This document shows, one piece after another, positions 23,655 through 32,934 of a DNA stretch of 64,000 nt (positions are counted from its first letter, which is position 1; every line of letters starts with the position of its first letter). This stretch comes from Opitutales bacterium (GTDB taxonomy: Bacteria > Verrucomicrobiota > Verrucomicrobiia > Opitutales > UBA2987). A program made the position numbers and the translations under genes. Location: the NCBI GenBank assembly GCA_965226885.1, contig CBDDEL010000017.1, forward strand, positions 128,001 to 192,000. The letters run 5' to 3'. The notes under the pieces are model-generated. The model was not told where the DNA came from. It ran no database searches and saw nothing but the letters and a program-made list of their open reading frames with translations.

Positions 23655-24638
23655 CTAATTTCGGGGTAATTTTCCCTCAATATTGCGTTCCTGTAGGATT
23701 TGTGCCGCCACGCTGACGGCGATTTCTTCCGGCGTGTCGCTATCAAGAGAAAGGCCAATGGGCGCATAGATTTTTTCGAACCTCTCCTTTTCCACGCCTT
23801 CCTCGGCCACAGTTTCATAAATTTTTTTAATTTTCGTCATGCTGCCCATAATGCCGATGAAGGGAAATGGCAGCAGGATGGTCCCGAGCAGCCCTCTCAC
23901 ATCCGACATTAAATCGGTGGTCATTATTACCACGCAGGTGAATTGCGGAAATGGAATGAGCCCGCCCGCCTCCCTATAATCGCTCACAATTCGGATTTCC
24001 CGGGCCCCTTTGACATTTTGCAAAGTGAAAACATCCTCCCGCGTATCGAAAATGAACACCTCATAGCCAAGTGGGGCCATGATTTGACAAAGGGCGGTGG
24101 AACAATGCCCGCCCCCGATTATTGCCATGCGCTTGCGGTTGAGAAGTTGCTCTTCGTAGCGCCACTCGTCATCCTGCTGCCGCAGCCTGATTTTGGGCTC
24201 CTCCGGGTCGGCCTCGGTCTCATCGACCTTGAGGCCCTTTTTATCGATTATTAAAGTGGCGTTGCCATCCCGCTCCGCCAATTCCACCATGCGGTCAATG
24301 ACCGGCCCATCCCGCTCCGGCAAACAAAGCCCATAGACATTGGTCTGGCTTCCCGCGCAGATCATGCCGGATTTGTCACCCTCACCCGCCCGGCGATGCA
24401 AAAGCGTCTGCACTTCAGGAACGAAACCATTACCATCCAGAATACTACGTGCCCTCTCCACCAGATGGTACTCCATCGCCCCGCCGCCCATGGTTCCCCA
24501 TAAAGCTCCACCCTCGGCCACCAGGAATTTGGCCCCCGGAGTCCCCGGCGATCCCTTCGTATTTTCCGCCACTAAGGCAATAAAGGTTTTTTCGCCCTTT
24601 TGCAGATGACCCTGAACTTGTTTCCAGAAAGCGAGCAT
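23655..24638 (-). CDS. xdhC: XdhC/CoxI-family accessory protein
   Basis: GSPGTPGAK, GTMGGG, MICAG and APIGL...TPEEIAVSVAAQ motifs. Confidence 0.9.
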   Translation of the reverse strand: MLAFWKQVQGHLQKGEKTFIALVAENTKGSPGTPGAKFLVAEGGALWGTMGGGAMEYHLVERARSILDGNGFVPEVQTLLHRRAGEGDKSGMICAGSQTNVYGLCLPERDGPVIDRMVELAERDGNATLIIDKKGLKVDETEADPEEPKIRLRQQDDEWRYEEQLLNRKRMAIIGGGHCSTALCQIMAPLGYEVFIFDTREDVFTLQNVKGAREIRIVSDYREAGGLIPFPQFTCVVIMTTDLMSDVRGLLGTILLPFPFIGIMGSMTKIKKIYETVAEEGVEKERFEKIYAPIGLSLDSDTPEEIAVSVAAQILQERNIEGKLPRN

Positions 24639-25109
24639 GAATGGTCTCGGTTAACTAAATGTTACGATTGTATGTTTAAATTTATAAAATTAAGTGAAAT
24701 TAATAAAATATTCGACCAAACCCAAGGGTCAAGCAACTCACAATGGTTCCCAGGATACCCGATCCCGTTTTGACCAGTTAGGCCCAAGCCAAGACCAAGA
24801 ACTCTTCCGAAGGCTGTTTTTCAACCGATTTTCACCCAAACCAGCCGAAAATCCATAGCAAGGTTTTCAACCAGCAGGCCCTGGCCCCGGCCCTAAAGCT
24901 TGGTTTTATAAATTTCGCCGTCCTTCAAGATTTATTCGCGCATATTGGCGTTCATACGCGATTAGCCATGAAATCTGTGAATCTACGAAGCATTGGTATT
25001 TTGGTCGGTAATTCATAATAGTGAACATATAAACACATAAACCAATAAACCACAAGCTTTTTTTTCAAAAAAAAGCATATTAATATTTTCTAATAACCCT
25101 CCTTAACCA

Positions 25110-25368
25110 TCAAGAAGATACGGAATTAACAAGCCGCAAAACAAGCTCCTCGACTTCACGAAATGCTTTCTCCTTTGAGATTTCAAACCGGTTGTCACCA
25201 AATTCCTGATAGTCAATGCAAATGAGGTGAGGTTCTGATTCAACACCAAGGTAATGCTTGCATGTTGAAATGTGAGTCTCGAGGTGGTTCATAGATAAAT
25301 CTACACCTACTGGGCCGAAGTCACCTTCACCTCGTGAACTCAGAATAACAAGTGTTTTTCCTATTTTA
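25110..25368 (-). pseudogene. azoR: FMN-dependent NADH-azoreductase, C-terminal fragment
   Basis: Frame open from the IS boundary: GKTLVILSSRGEGDFG...MNHLETHI...DYQEFGD, resembling an AzoR/AcpD C-terminus. Confidence 0.72.
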
Positions 25369-25642
25369 GAGGCTGTCCCAAAAATATAAAGATTTTATAG
25401 TCAACTGGATGACGTTGATAAAAAGAGCCGGAAAGAGCAAGTTTTTGCTCGATCCGGCCAAAAAAGGGTTCTATAATTGAGTTAGCGAAAATCAATATAG
25501 CCCTTTCTATGAAAAATATAGCCATCCAATGCCTCCTGCGTCCAGCTTTAACTGTGGTCGACCGGTGCTGTAAACGCCGGGGAAAAACCGGTACGGTAAA
25601 GAGGGCGCTTTAAAACCGGTACGCTTATCCTAGAAAGGAGGA

Positions 25643-27148
25643 GTGTATCGAGATATGAAGCAATGGACAAGAGTGCGGCACAAAGTGCTGCGGGACAAGC
25701 AGAGCAAGCGCTCTGTAATGCGAGAAGAGGGACTGCACTGGGAGACCCTGGGAAAGATGCTGGCCTATTCCCAGCCGCCGGGATACCGGCGCAAGAAGAG
25801 GCGAGAGCGCAAGATCGATCCGTATGTGGGCTGGATCGAGGAGGTGCTCAAAGCGGACCGGAACGTGCCCAAGAAGCAGCGCCATACGGCCAAGCGGATC
25901 TACCAGCGTTTGGGTCGGGAGAAGGGCTACCAAGGGGGCTACACGGCGGTCAAGGAGGTGGTGGCCGAGCTGCGAGCGAGGCGGCGGGAAGTGTTCGTGC
26001 CGCTGGAGCACCGCCCCGGGGAGGGACAGGTGGACTTCGGTCATGCCCTGGTGAAGGAGGCGGGGCAATTGCGTAGGCGGCCATTTTTTGCCATGAGCCT
26101 GCCCTACAGCGATGCCTTTTTCGTGCAGGTGTTCGAACGGGAGTGCACGGAGAGCTTCTGGGAGGGGCACCTGCGAGCTTTTGAGTTTTTCGGGGCGGTG
26201 CCCCGGCGCATCAGCTATGACAACTCGAAGGTGGCGGTGGGTAAGATTATCGGTTCGCGTGAACGCAAGCTGACCGACGGGTTTCTGCAGCTACAGAGCC
26301 ATTACCTGTTCGAGGAACACTTCTGTCTGCCCGCCCGGCCCAACGAGAAGGGCGTGGTCGAGGGGATCGTGCGTTATGCCCGGGCCAACTTCCTGGTACC
26401 GGTACCGCAGGTTCGGGACCTGGAGGAACTCAACGCAGAGCTGTTGGAGGCATGTGAGCGGGACATGGAGCGTAAATTACGCGGGAAAAGGGCGGTGAAA
26501 AAGGAACTGCTGGCCGAGGAGCGCGCCGTCATGCTGGCGTTGCCGCCCATACCCTTTAAAGCGAGCCGCAAACGCTCGACCTGCGTCAGCAGCCTCTCGC
26601 TGGTGCGCTTCGAGTGCAACGACTATTCGGTGCCGGTGCGCTGCGCCCACCATCCGGTGGTGGTGGAAGGGTCCTGTCGGCAGGTGGTGATCTTCTGTGG
26701 GGGCCAAGAGGTGGCCCGGCACCGCCGCATTTGGGATAAAGAGCAAGTCTCTTTCGAGCCGGTGCACTACCTGGCTTTGCTGGAGAAAAAACCGGGCGCT
26801 TTGGACTTCGCCTGCCCACTCTCGGGCTGGCAGTTGCCGCAGTGCCTGCAGGTCCTCAGACGCCGGCTCGAAAGCCAATGCGGGGGCGAAGGCACCCGGG
26901 AGTATATCCGGGTGCTGCGGCTGTTGGAGAAACACCCCATGGCGGCCTTGCAGCAGGCCGTCGTCTCGGCCCTGCGGGTGGGGGGACTGACTCGTGAGGC
27001 CATCGCCCAGTATCTCTATCCTCAGGAAGACTACGGGAGCAGAACCTTCCGGCTGGACGGCCATCCACACCTGCGTCACGTCCGTGTGGCCGCCCCTGAC
27101 CTCGGTGCCTACAGCGAACTGCTCAAGATTCCAGGAGGGGCTTTATGA
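25643..27148 (+). CDS. istA: IS21 transposase IstA
   Basis: 501 aa, differing from copy 1 at only a few residues. Confidence 0.95.
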   Translation: MYRDMKQWTRVRHKVLRDKQSKRSVMREEGLHWETLGKMLAYSQPPGYRRKKRRERKIDPYVGWIEEVLKADRNVPKKQRHTAKRIYQRLGREKGYQGGYTAVKEVVAELRARRREVFVPLEHRPGEGQVDFGHALVKEAGQLRRRPFFAMSLPYSDAFFVQVFERECTESFWEGHLRAFEFFGAVPRRISYDNSKVAVGKIIGSRERKLTDGFLQLQSHYLFEEHFCLPARPNEKGVVEGIVRYARANFLVPVPQVRDLEELNAELLEACERDMERKLRGKRAVKKELLAEERAVMLALPPIPFKASRKRSTCVSSLSLVRFECNDYSVPVRCAHHPVVVEGSCRQVVIFCGGQEVARHRRIWDKEQVSFEPVHYLALLEKKPGALDFACPLSGWQLPQCLQVLRRRLESQCGGEGTREYIRVLRLLEKHPMAALQQAVVSALRVGGLTREAIAQYLYPQEDYGSRTFRLDGHPHLRHVRVAAPDLGAYSELLKIPGGAL

Positions 27149-27912
27149 AGGAAGAAAAAAACCAGCTGCTGTTACACCATCACCTCAAGAAACTGAAGTT
27201 GCCCACCATCCTGCGCGAATGGCCGGCGGTGGCCGCGGCTTGTTCCCGGGACCGGCTCGATTACGCCGCCTTTTTGTTGCATCTGGTCGAACGGGAGCTC
27301 ATTGAACGCGAACAGCGGGCCGCCCAGCGGCGGATCAAAAACGCCCGTTTCCCCGTGCTCAAGACCCTCGAGAGCTTCGCCTTTGAAGCGCAGCCCTCGA
27401 TCAACGAAGCGCTCATCCGAGAGCTCATGCGCGGGGAGTATGTCGACCAGCGCGAAAACGTGCTGCTCCTCGGTAACGCCGGTACCGGTAAAACGCACCT
27501 GGCCACCGCCCTGGGCTTTGCCGCCTGTGCCCAGGGCCGGCGGATCCGTTTCTTCGGGGTCACCGCCCTGGTTACCCATATGCTCGAGCAACGCGACAAC
27601 CACGACCTGCAGCGCTTCATGAAGCAACTCGAAAGGCTCGACCTACTCATCCTCGACGAACTCGGTTACGTCCCTTTTTCCAAGACCGGTTCCGAACTGC
27701 TCTTCGACGTGGTCAGCCGCGCTTACGAGCGCACCAGTCTCATCGTCACCACCAACCTGCCCTTTGAGAACTGGATCGAAGTGCTCGGTTCCGAACGGCT
27801 CACCGGAGCTCTGCTGGACCGACTCACCCATCGGGTGCATATCCTCGAAGCCAACGGGCAAAGCTACCGCTTGCGCGATGCTCGACGCCGTCGCCGTGGC
27901 ACAAAACAATAA
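27145..27912 (+). CDS. istB: IS21 helper ATPase IstB
   Basis: GNAGTGKT, LILDELGY and DRLTH motifs; 255 aa. Confidence 0.95.
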   Translation: MKEEKNQLLLHHHLKKLKLPTILREWPAVAAACSRDRLDYAAFLLHLVERELIEREQRAAQRRIKNARFPVLKTLESFAFEAQPSINEALIRELMRGEYVDQRENVLLLGNAGTGKTHLATALGFAACAQGRRIRFFGVTALVTHMLEQRDNHDLQRFMKQLERLDLLILDELGYVPFSKTGSELLFDVVSRAYERTSLIVTTNLPFENWIEVLGSERLTGALLDRLTHRVHILEANGQSYRLRDARRRRRGTKQ

Positions 27913-28996
27913 ACGCCTTGGGCCCGGCTCGTCGGCCTCCGGCCTCCTCACCGACCCCAAGCCAATCCCCAAAACCAACTCCCAAACCCTAAACCTTGAC
28001 GTACCTGCAATTACTAACCTAAACCTTATTCCAAGCGTACCGGTTTTACTCCGACCCCCGTACCGGTTTCATCCCGGCGTTTACACGGTGCCTCGATTAC
28101 GATAACTTCCGCGCCACCATTGATCGAATCGATCGGCTGCTGATCGACTCGGAGGTGGAATCGCAGGCCATTGAGCTGGCCTTGGAGGGGTGGCCGCCAA
28201 TGGGTCTAAAGGCCCGGCGGCAGCGGGCCAGTTTTGCCATCAAGGCACTGCGCATGGATACGCTGGGCCGTCTGCTCGGAGGGATTTCGTTTCGGCATTT
28301 GTCGCGGGCTCTGGGCAGCAGCGATCTGTTGGCCGACTTTTGCCGTGTCCGGCAGATCGATGGCATCAGGGGCATCTCCAAAAGCACCCTGGAGCGGGCC
28401 TCGAAGTTTTTCAGCGAAGAGCAGTTGAGGGCCTTGCACCGGACCTTGACTGAGGTGGTGGGCGATGCCCTTCTGGCCCGGCAGGTGGGATTGGACAAGC
28501 CGATTGACACCACCATTTGCCTGATCGACGGCACCTGTTTGGAGGCTAACATTCATTGGCCGACGGACTGGGTATTACTCAAGGATGTAGCCGGCACGTT
28601 GCTCAAAGCGATCCGGCTGATCCGCGAGAAGGCCGGTGTGCGCCATCGCATGCCGATCGAACCGGAGCCCTTGGCTCGGCAGATGAATCGGCTGTGCATA
28701 CAGATGACCCACAGCCGGCGGCGAAAGGACAGCGCGCGGCAGCGCAAGGGTATCTTGAGGCAGATGAAAAAGCTGCTCAAACGGATCGGGGAGCATGCCC
28801 GCAGTCACCGGGAATTATTGCAAGCCTGCTGGGAGCAAAGCGATTACAGCGAAAAACAGGTCCAACAGATCCTCGCCCGGATGGAGCGCATGAGCGAGCA
28901 AATCCCGGTGGTCATCAAACAGGCGCACGAGCGGATCATTGGCGGCCGGCAGGTGAAAAACGCAGAGAAAGTCTTGAGTGTTTACGAACTCGATGG

Positions 28997-29798
28997 GGTA
29001 GTGTATAAAAAAAGAATGTTATTTTGTATTTTTAGCTGTACAAATAGCGTTAGGCAGTTTATTCTTAGTGCATGGTTACTAAAATTATTAATTGTCGGCA
29101 CTGTGGAAGTGAAAATATCATTAAATTTGGCAAGACGCCCAACCATAAACAGCGCTACCGCTGCCATGATTGTGGTAAACAAAGCCGCGAAAACCCCACA
29201 GTGAAATACACCGAAGAGCAAAAAGAAATGATCCTTCGAGTCTATCAGGAACGCAGCAGTCTACGCGGTTTACAGCGCGCCTTCGGGGTGAGTCCCAACA
29301 CCGTTTTGAGTTGGTTAAAAAAAACGACAATCGCTGCGACCGCTCAAAAGCACGATTCTTGCGGCCCGCCGCCATGATGTCATTGAACTGGACGAACTGT
29401 GGTCTTTTGTGGGGCGCAAGAGCGATGCCCAATGGGTTTGGATCGCTCTTTGCCGACGCACCCGTCAAATCCTCTCCTATGCCATTGGGCCTCGGGATTG
29501 GTATCGTTGCCGGGAACTTTACGAGCGTCTGCCACGGGCCTACAAAAGATGTGCCACCTACAGCGACTTTTGGAGCACTTATGATGAAGTCTTTCCTCAT
29601 AACCGATCCGTGGGAAAAGAAACCGGTGAAACGGCCCATGTGGAACGATGGAACAATACCCTGCGCCAACGACTGGGTCGTTTCACACGCAAAACCCTCT
29701 CCTTTTCCAAGCTTAAGAGTATGCATGAAACCTGTCTGAGACTTTTCATTCATCAATATAATCAAGAATTAGCCACCATTCCTACTTAATACACTACC
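28997..29798 (+). mobile_element. IS1-family element, copy 1 (802 bp; insA 29072-29377, insB frame to 29789)
   Basis: GGTAGTGTAT...ATACACTACC IRs, InsA Zn ribbon (CRHCGS...CHDC), InsB ELDELWSFV, 8-bp TSD CTCGATGG. Confidence 0.95.
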
Positions 29799-30759
29799 CT
29801 CGATGGGCAGGTGATTGTGCGAGGTAAAGCGGGCCAAGAGGTCGAGTTCGGCAACACCCTGTTTTTGGGAGAAAGCGTTGAAGGGTACCTGCTGGACTGG
29901 AAACTCTACGGCAGCCGAACTCCAAGCGAAAATGAACAAATGCAAGAGAGTTTGCAAAGACAGAACCGCTTCAACCTGGAAGAACCCATAGCGGCCATGT
30001 GCGCGGACCGGGGATTTGCCTCCCAGCGGGCCCGCCGGCAGTTAGCCCAGGAGGGAATCTACGACGCGCTCTGTCCACGCGATCCGAAGCAGTTGAAAAA
30101 ACGGATGGAGGAACCACTGTTCAGGCAATTGCAAAAGCGCCGGGCCAGCACCGAAGGGCGGATCGGGGTATTGAAGAATCGCTGGCAGGCCGGGCGGTTG
30201 CGCAGCAAAGGCTTTGCCAACCGCTCGATCAGCGTAGCCTGGTCGGTACTCTCGCACAACCTATGGAAAGTAGCCAAGATGCTGGCCCAGCAAGACGAAC
30301 TAAAAACCAAAGCGGCGGCCTAGAGAGCGGAAAAGCAAGGACAATACTTTTTCACAGCCTTACTGTCGGCTCATACAAAGAAAACCAGGCAACCGGACCC
30401 CAAAACCAGTATCCTAACGTCATAGGAGAGCAAAGTTGATACTCTCCCAAATGCAAATACCTCTAAAATGAGCGCCTATCAAAAGCCCTCGCAAAAATCA
30501 CCCTTTTGGGACAGCCTCTAGGGTAGGAGAGTTCGAAAACCTGAGCCAGTGGCGAAACACATATTATTCAATCCATTCATTCAATTTTTTACAAAAAGGG
30601 AAATTGAACCCGAAAACTGCTCTTTTTGCGTCACCCATTGGATTTTAATCCGGAACCATTGGTTGATAGTGGACTAGTGGAAAATCATCTCAATATCATC
30701 ATCCTGAGACGAATTTTCGCCGAGAAATGGAAAATTTTTAAAAAAATGAAAAAAAACGC

Positions 30760-30788
30760 TTGACACTGACTTACTAGTAGGTAAATAT
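30760..30788 (+). promoter_or_regulatory. Putative sigma70 promoter of tetR with overlapping palindromic operator
   Basis: TTGACA at 30760-30765; near-palindrome ACTTACTAGTAGGTA at 30769-30783. Confidence 0.7.
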
Positions 30789-30794
30789 GGGATT

Positions 30795-31364
30795 ATGCAA
30801 GATAGGAAATCAGAGATTTTGGACCTCGCTTTGACGCTGATACAGTACCGGAGTTTTAGCGCATTTAGCTATCGGGACTTGTCAGAACGTCTTGGTATCA
30901 GCAAGGCGGCGATTCATCATCATTTCCCCTCGAAGGAATCCCTCGGGGTCGCTGCCGCTGAACGATATCATGAGCAGATCAAGTCGAGGTTGGTGCGATC
31001 CACTAACCAAAGCGACGATCCCTGGAAGCAGCTAGAAGGATACTTGGAGTTGGTGGACGGGGTAATAGAAACCGAAGAGCGAATCTGCGCTGCAGGGTCA
31101 ATTCAAGCGGATTACAAAGATGTTCCGGCGAGCGTTCGGGACGAAATGGCGGTCTTAATACGCTTTATAATTTCGTGGATCGCGGAAGTAATTGAAACCG
31201 GACGGAAGCAAGGCACGATGGACTTTCCGGGTAAATCCAAAGACCAGGCGATCTACATATTCACCGCCGTGCAAGGCGCACTGCAAATCGGCCGCGCACA
31301 GGGGAAAAGTCAATTCGACAGAGTGATTCGTCAGATCAGAAAAAACCTGAAACCCAGAGAATAA
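30795..31364 (+). CDS. TetR/AcrR-family regulator
   Basis: N-terminal HTH FSYRDLSERLGISKAAIHHHFPSKE. Confidence 0.93.
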   Translation: MQDRKSEILDLALTLIQYRSFSAFSYRDLSERLGISKAAIHHHFPSKESLGVAAAERYHEQIKSRLVRSTNQSDDPWKQLEGYLELVDGVIETEERICAAGSIQADYKDVPASVRDEMAVLIRFIISWIAEVIETGRKQGTMDFPGKSKDQAIYIFTAVQGALQIGRAQGKSQFDRVIRQIRKNLKPRE

Positions 31365-31385
31365 GTTTTTTTTAAGCACCGAACA

Positions 31386-31400
31386 TACCTACTAGTAAGT
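31386..31400. promoter_or_regulatory. Second copy of the putative TetR operator
   Basis: TACCTACTAGTAAGT is the exact reverse complement of 30769-30783. Confidence 0.7.
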
Positions 31401-31606
31401 AACTTATTCAATTTAAACAGAAAGAACATTCATTATGAATAATCAGAATACAATGGAGATAGAGAAAATAGAATCTATGACAGCGTTAGGCTATAATCGG
31501 CTTTTTAACCGGAAAGAAAAGGTGAAAACGGTGAGTAGTATATAGCCCAATTCATGTTTTATAATACTAAATAAAAATAATTATAAAAACGAAAGGAATA
31601 AAAATT

Positions 31607-32380
31607 ATGTCTAATACATTAACATTAACACAAACCAAACGCTTTGAGGGCAAGAATGTTCTCGTTACGGGTGGATCTGGTGGGATCGGAAAAGCGACAG
31701 TAGAGCGAATTGTTGCCGAAGGTGGACGCGTTCTGATTACTGGAACAAATGTCAAGAAGCTCAATGCCGTGAAAGCGGAGTTACCCAATGTTGTCACGCT
31801 CTTGAATGACGCCGGCGACCCGGCCGCCGCAGAGCGACTCGGTGAGGTTGTGAAGTCGGTATTTGGTGAGCTCGATGCGGCATTCCTCAATGCCGGTCAT
31901 GGAACATTTGTTCCCCACACCGAGGTGACCGCTGACAACTTCGATCGCCAATACGCGGTAAACGTCCGCGGGCCGATCCTCCACGTAAAAGCTATTTCGT
32001 CGCTATTACGAGAAGGCGGTTCGATCGTCTTTAATGCTTCGGTTGCCCGCGATCTCGCGCTGCCTGGCGGCATCATCTACAATTCAACGAAGGGGGCATT
32101 AAGAACCGTAACCCGTGTTTTGGCTCAAGAACTGGCAGGGCGAAAGATTCGAGTAAATGCAGTCAGTCCCGGGCCAATCGGTTCGGACTTTTTTGTTCGC
32201 ACGGGCCTGCCGCAGGAGCAAGTTCAGCAATTTGGCGAACAAATTCTCTCCGCTGTGCCGATGGGTCGATTCGGAGAACCGAAGGAGGTCGCTGCAGTAG
32301 CAACATTCCTTCTGTCGGACGAAGCTTCTTACGTCACCGGCAGCGAATACGTTGTCGATGGTGGTCTGTCAGAAGTATAA
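31607..32380 (+). CDS. Short-chain dehydrogenase/reductase
   Basis: TGGSGGIG, NAG, YNSTK and VNAVSPGPI motifs. Confidence 0.94.
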   Translation: MSNTLTLTQTKRFEGKNVLVTGGSGGIGKATVERIVAEGGRVLITGTNVKKLNAVKAELPNVVTLLNDAGDPAAAERLGEVVKSVFGELDAAFLNAGHGTFVPHTEVTADNFDRQYAVNVRGPILHVKAISSLLREGGSIVFNASVARDLALPGGIIYNSTKGALRTVTRVLAQELAGRKIRVNAVSPGPIGSDFFVRTGLPQEQVQQFGEQILSAVPMGRFGEPKEVAAVATFLLSDEASYVTGSEYVVDGGLSEV

Positions 32381-32483
32381 TGGAGCGCCGGTAACTTAGT
32401 AGTTCAAAATATCGATTCGCAATCTACTTTGTCCATTAACGGGACTAAAAATAATCAATTAAACAAAATAAGGAGTGATATAA

Positions 32484-32864
32484 ATGAGTAATACAAATAC
32501 ATCTAACAACGTGAGTGAGTATAACGTAATCGCCAAGGTCGTCCAGCACTACATCGATGGCGCCAAGTCGGGCAGAGGCGACGATATGAAACCCGCTTTC
32601 CACAAGGACGCGACAATCTTCGGTTATGTCGGCGCCGACCTGTTCGCGGGCCCCATCCAGCAGCTCTTTGACTGGAATGACGAGAACGGACCAGCGACGG
32701 GGCTCCAAGCCTGGATCGCCAGCATCGACCTCATTGGCACGGTCGCCACCGTGCGGCTTGAACTCGAAAACTGGACTGGTCACCGGTTCACCGACTTGTT
32801 CACACTGCTGAAAGTCGACGGGCAGTGGAAGATCATGAACAAGGTCTTTCACCTGCACGCCTGA
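32484..32864 (+). CDS. NTF2-like (putative lumazine-binding family) protein
   Basis: YIDG...AFH...FTDLFTLLKVDGQWKIMNKVFH pattern. Confidence 0.85.
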   Translation: MSNTNTSNNVSEYNVIAKVVQHYIDGAKSGRGDDMKPAFHKDATIFGYVGADLFAGPIQQLFDWNDENGPATGLQAWIASIDLIGTVATVRLELENWTGHRFTDLFTLLKVDGQWKIMNKVFHLHA

Positions 32865-32878
32865 GAGAGTAAGATTGA

Positions 32879-32909
32879 TGCTTCCCCCCATCACTCTTGG
32901 GGGGAAGCA
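32879..32909 (+). terminator. GC-rich stem-loop after the NTF2-like gene
   Basis: Perfect 12-bp stem TGCTTCCCCCCA / TGGGGGGAAGCA with a 7-nt loop; no clear U-tract. Confidence 0.5.
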
Positions 32910-32934
32910 AGTCAGGTAGGTATCAACTGGCTAG

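Larger units (their letters stand above)
25569..28085 (+). mobile_element. IS21-family element, copy 2 (intact)
   Basis: Near-identical to copy 1; 6-bp TSD CGGTGC (25563-25568 / 28086-28091). Confidence 0.96.
25509..30323 (+). pseudogene. Transposase of the IS5/ISNCY-like element, interrupted twice
   Basis: Splicing out IS21 and IS1 gives MKNIAIQ...VDRC|LDYDNF...DGTCLEANIHWPTDW...YELDG|QVIVRGKAGQEVEFG...ADRGF...RASTEGRIG. Confidence 0.85.
25369..30518 (+). mobile_element. IS5/ISNCY-like DDE element (~1.8 kb net) carrying nested IS21 and IS1 insertions
   Basis: Terminal IRs GAGGCTGTCCCAAAA / TTTTGGGACAGCCTC; flanks TATTTTA and TAGGGTA. Confidence 0.85.

Noticed and set aside
24700..24900. 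C/A-rich spacer with short CCAAG and GGCCC repeats as an IS remnant, riboswitch or ncRNA upstream of xdhC
   Set aside because: No recognisable IR partner, ORF or riboswitch consensus by eye; an Rfam/ISfinder search would be needed.
28155..29204. 349-aa ORF as an intact gene
   Set aside because: It is the middle of the interrupted transposase running into IS1 sequence.
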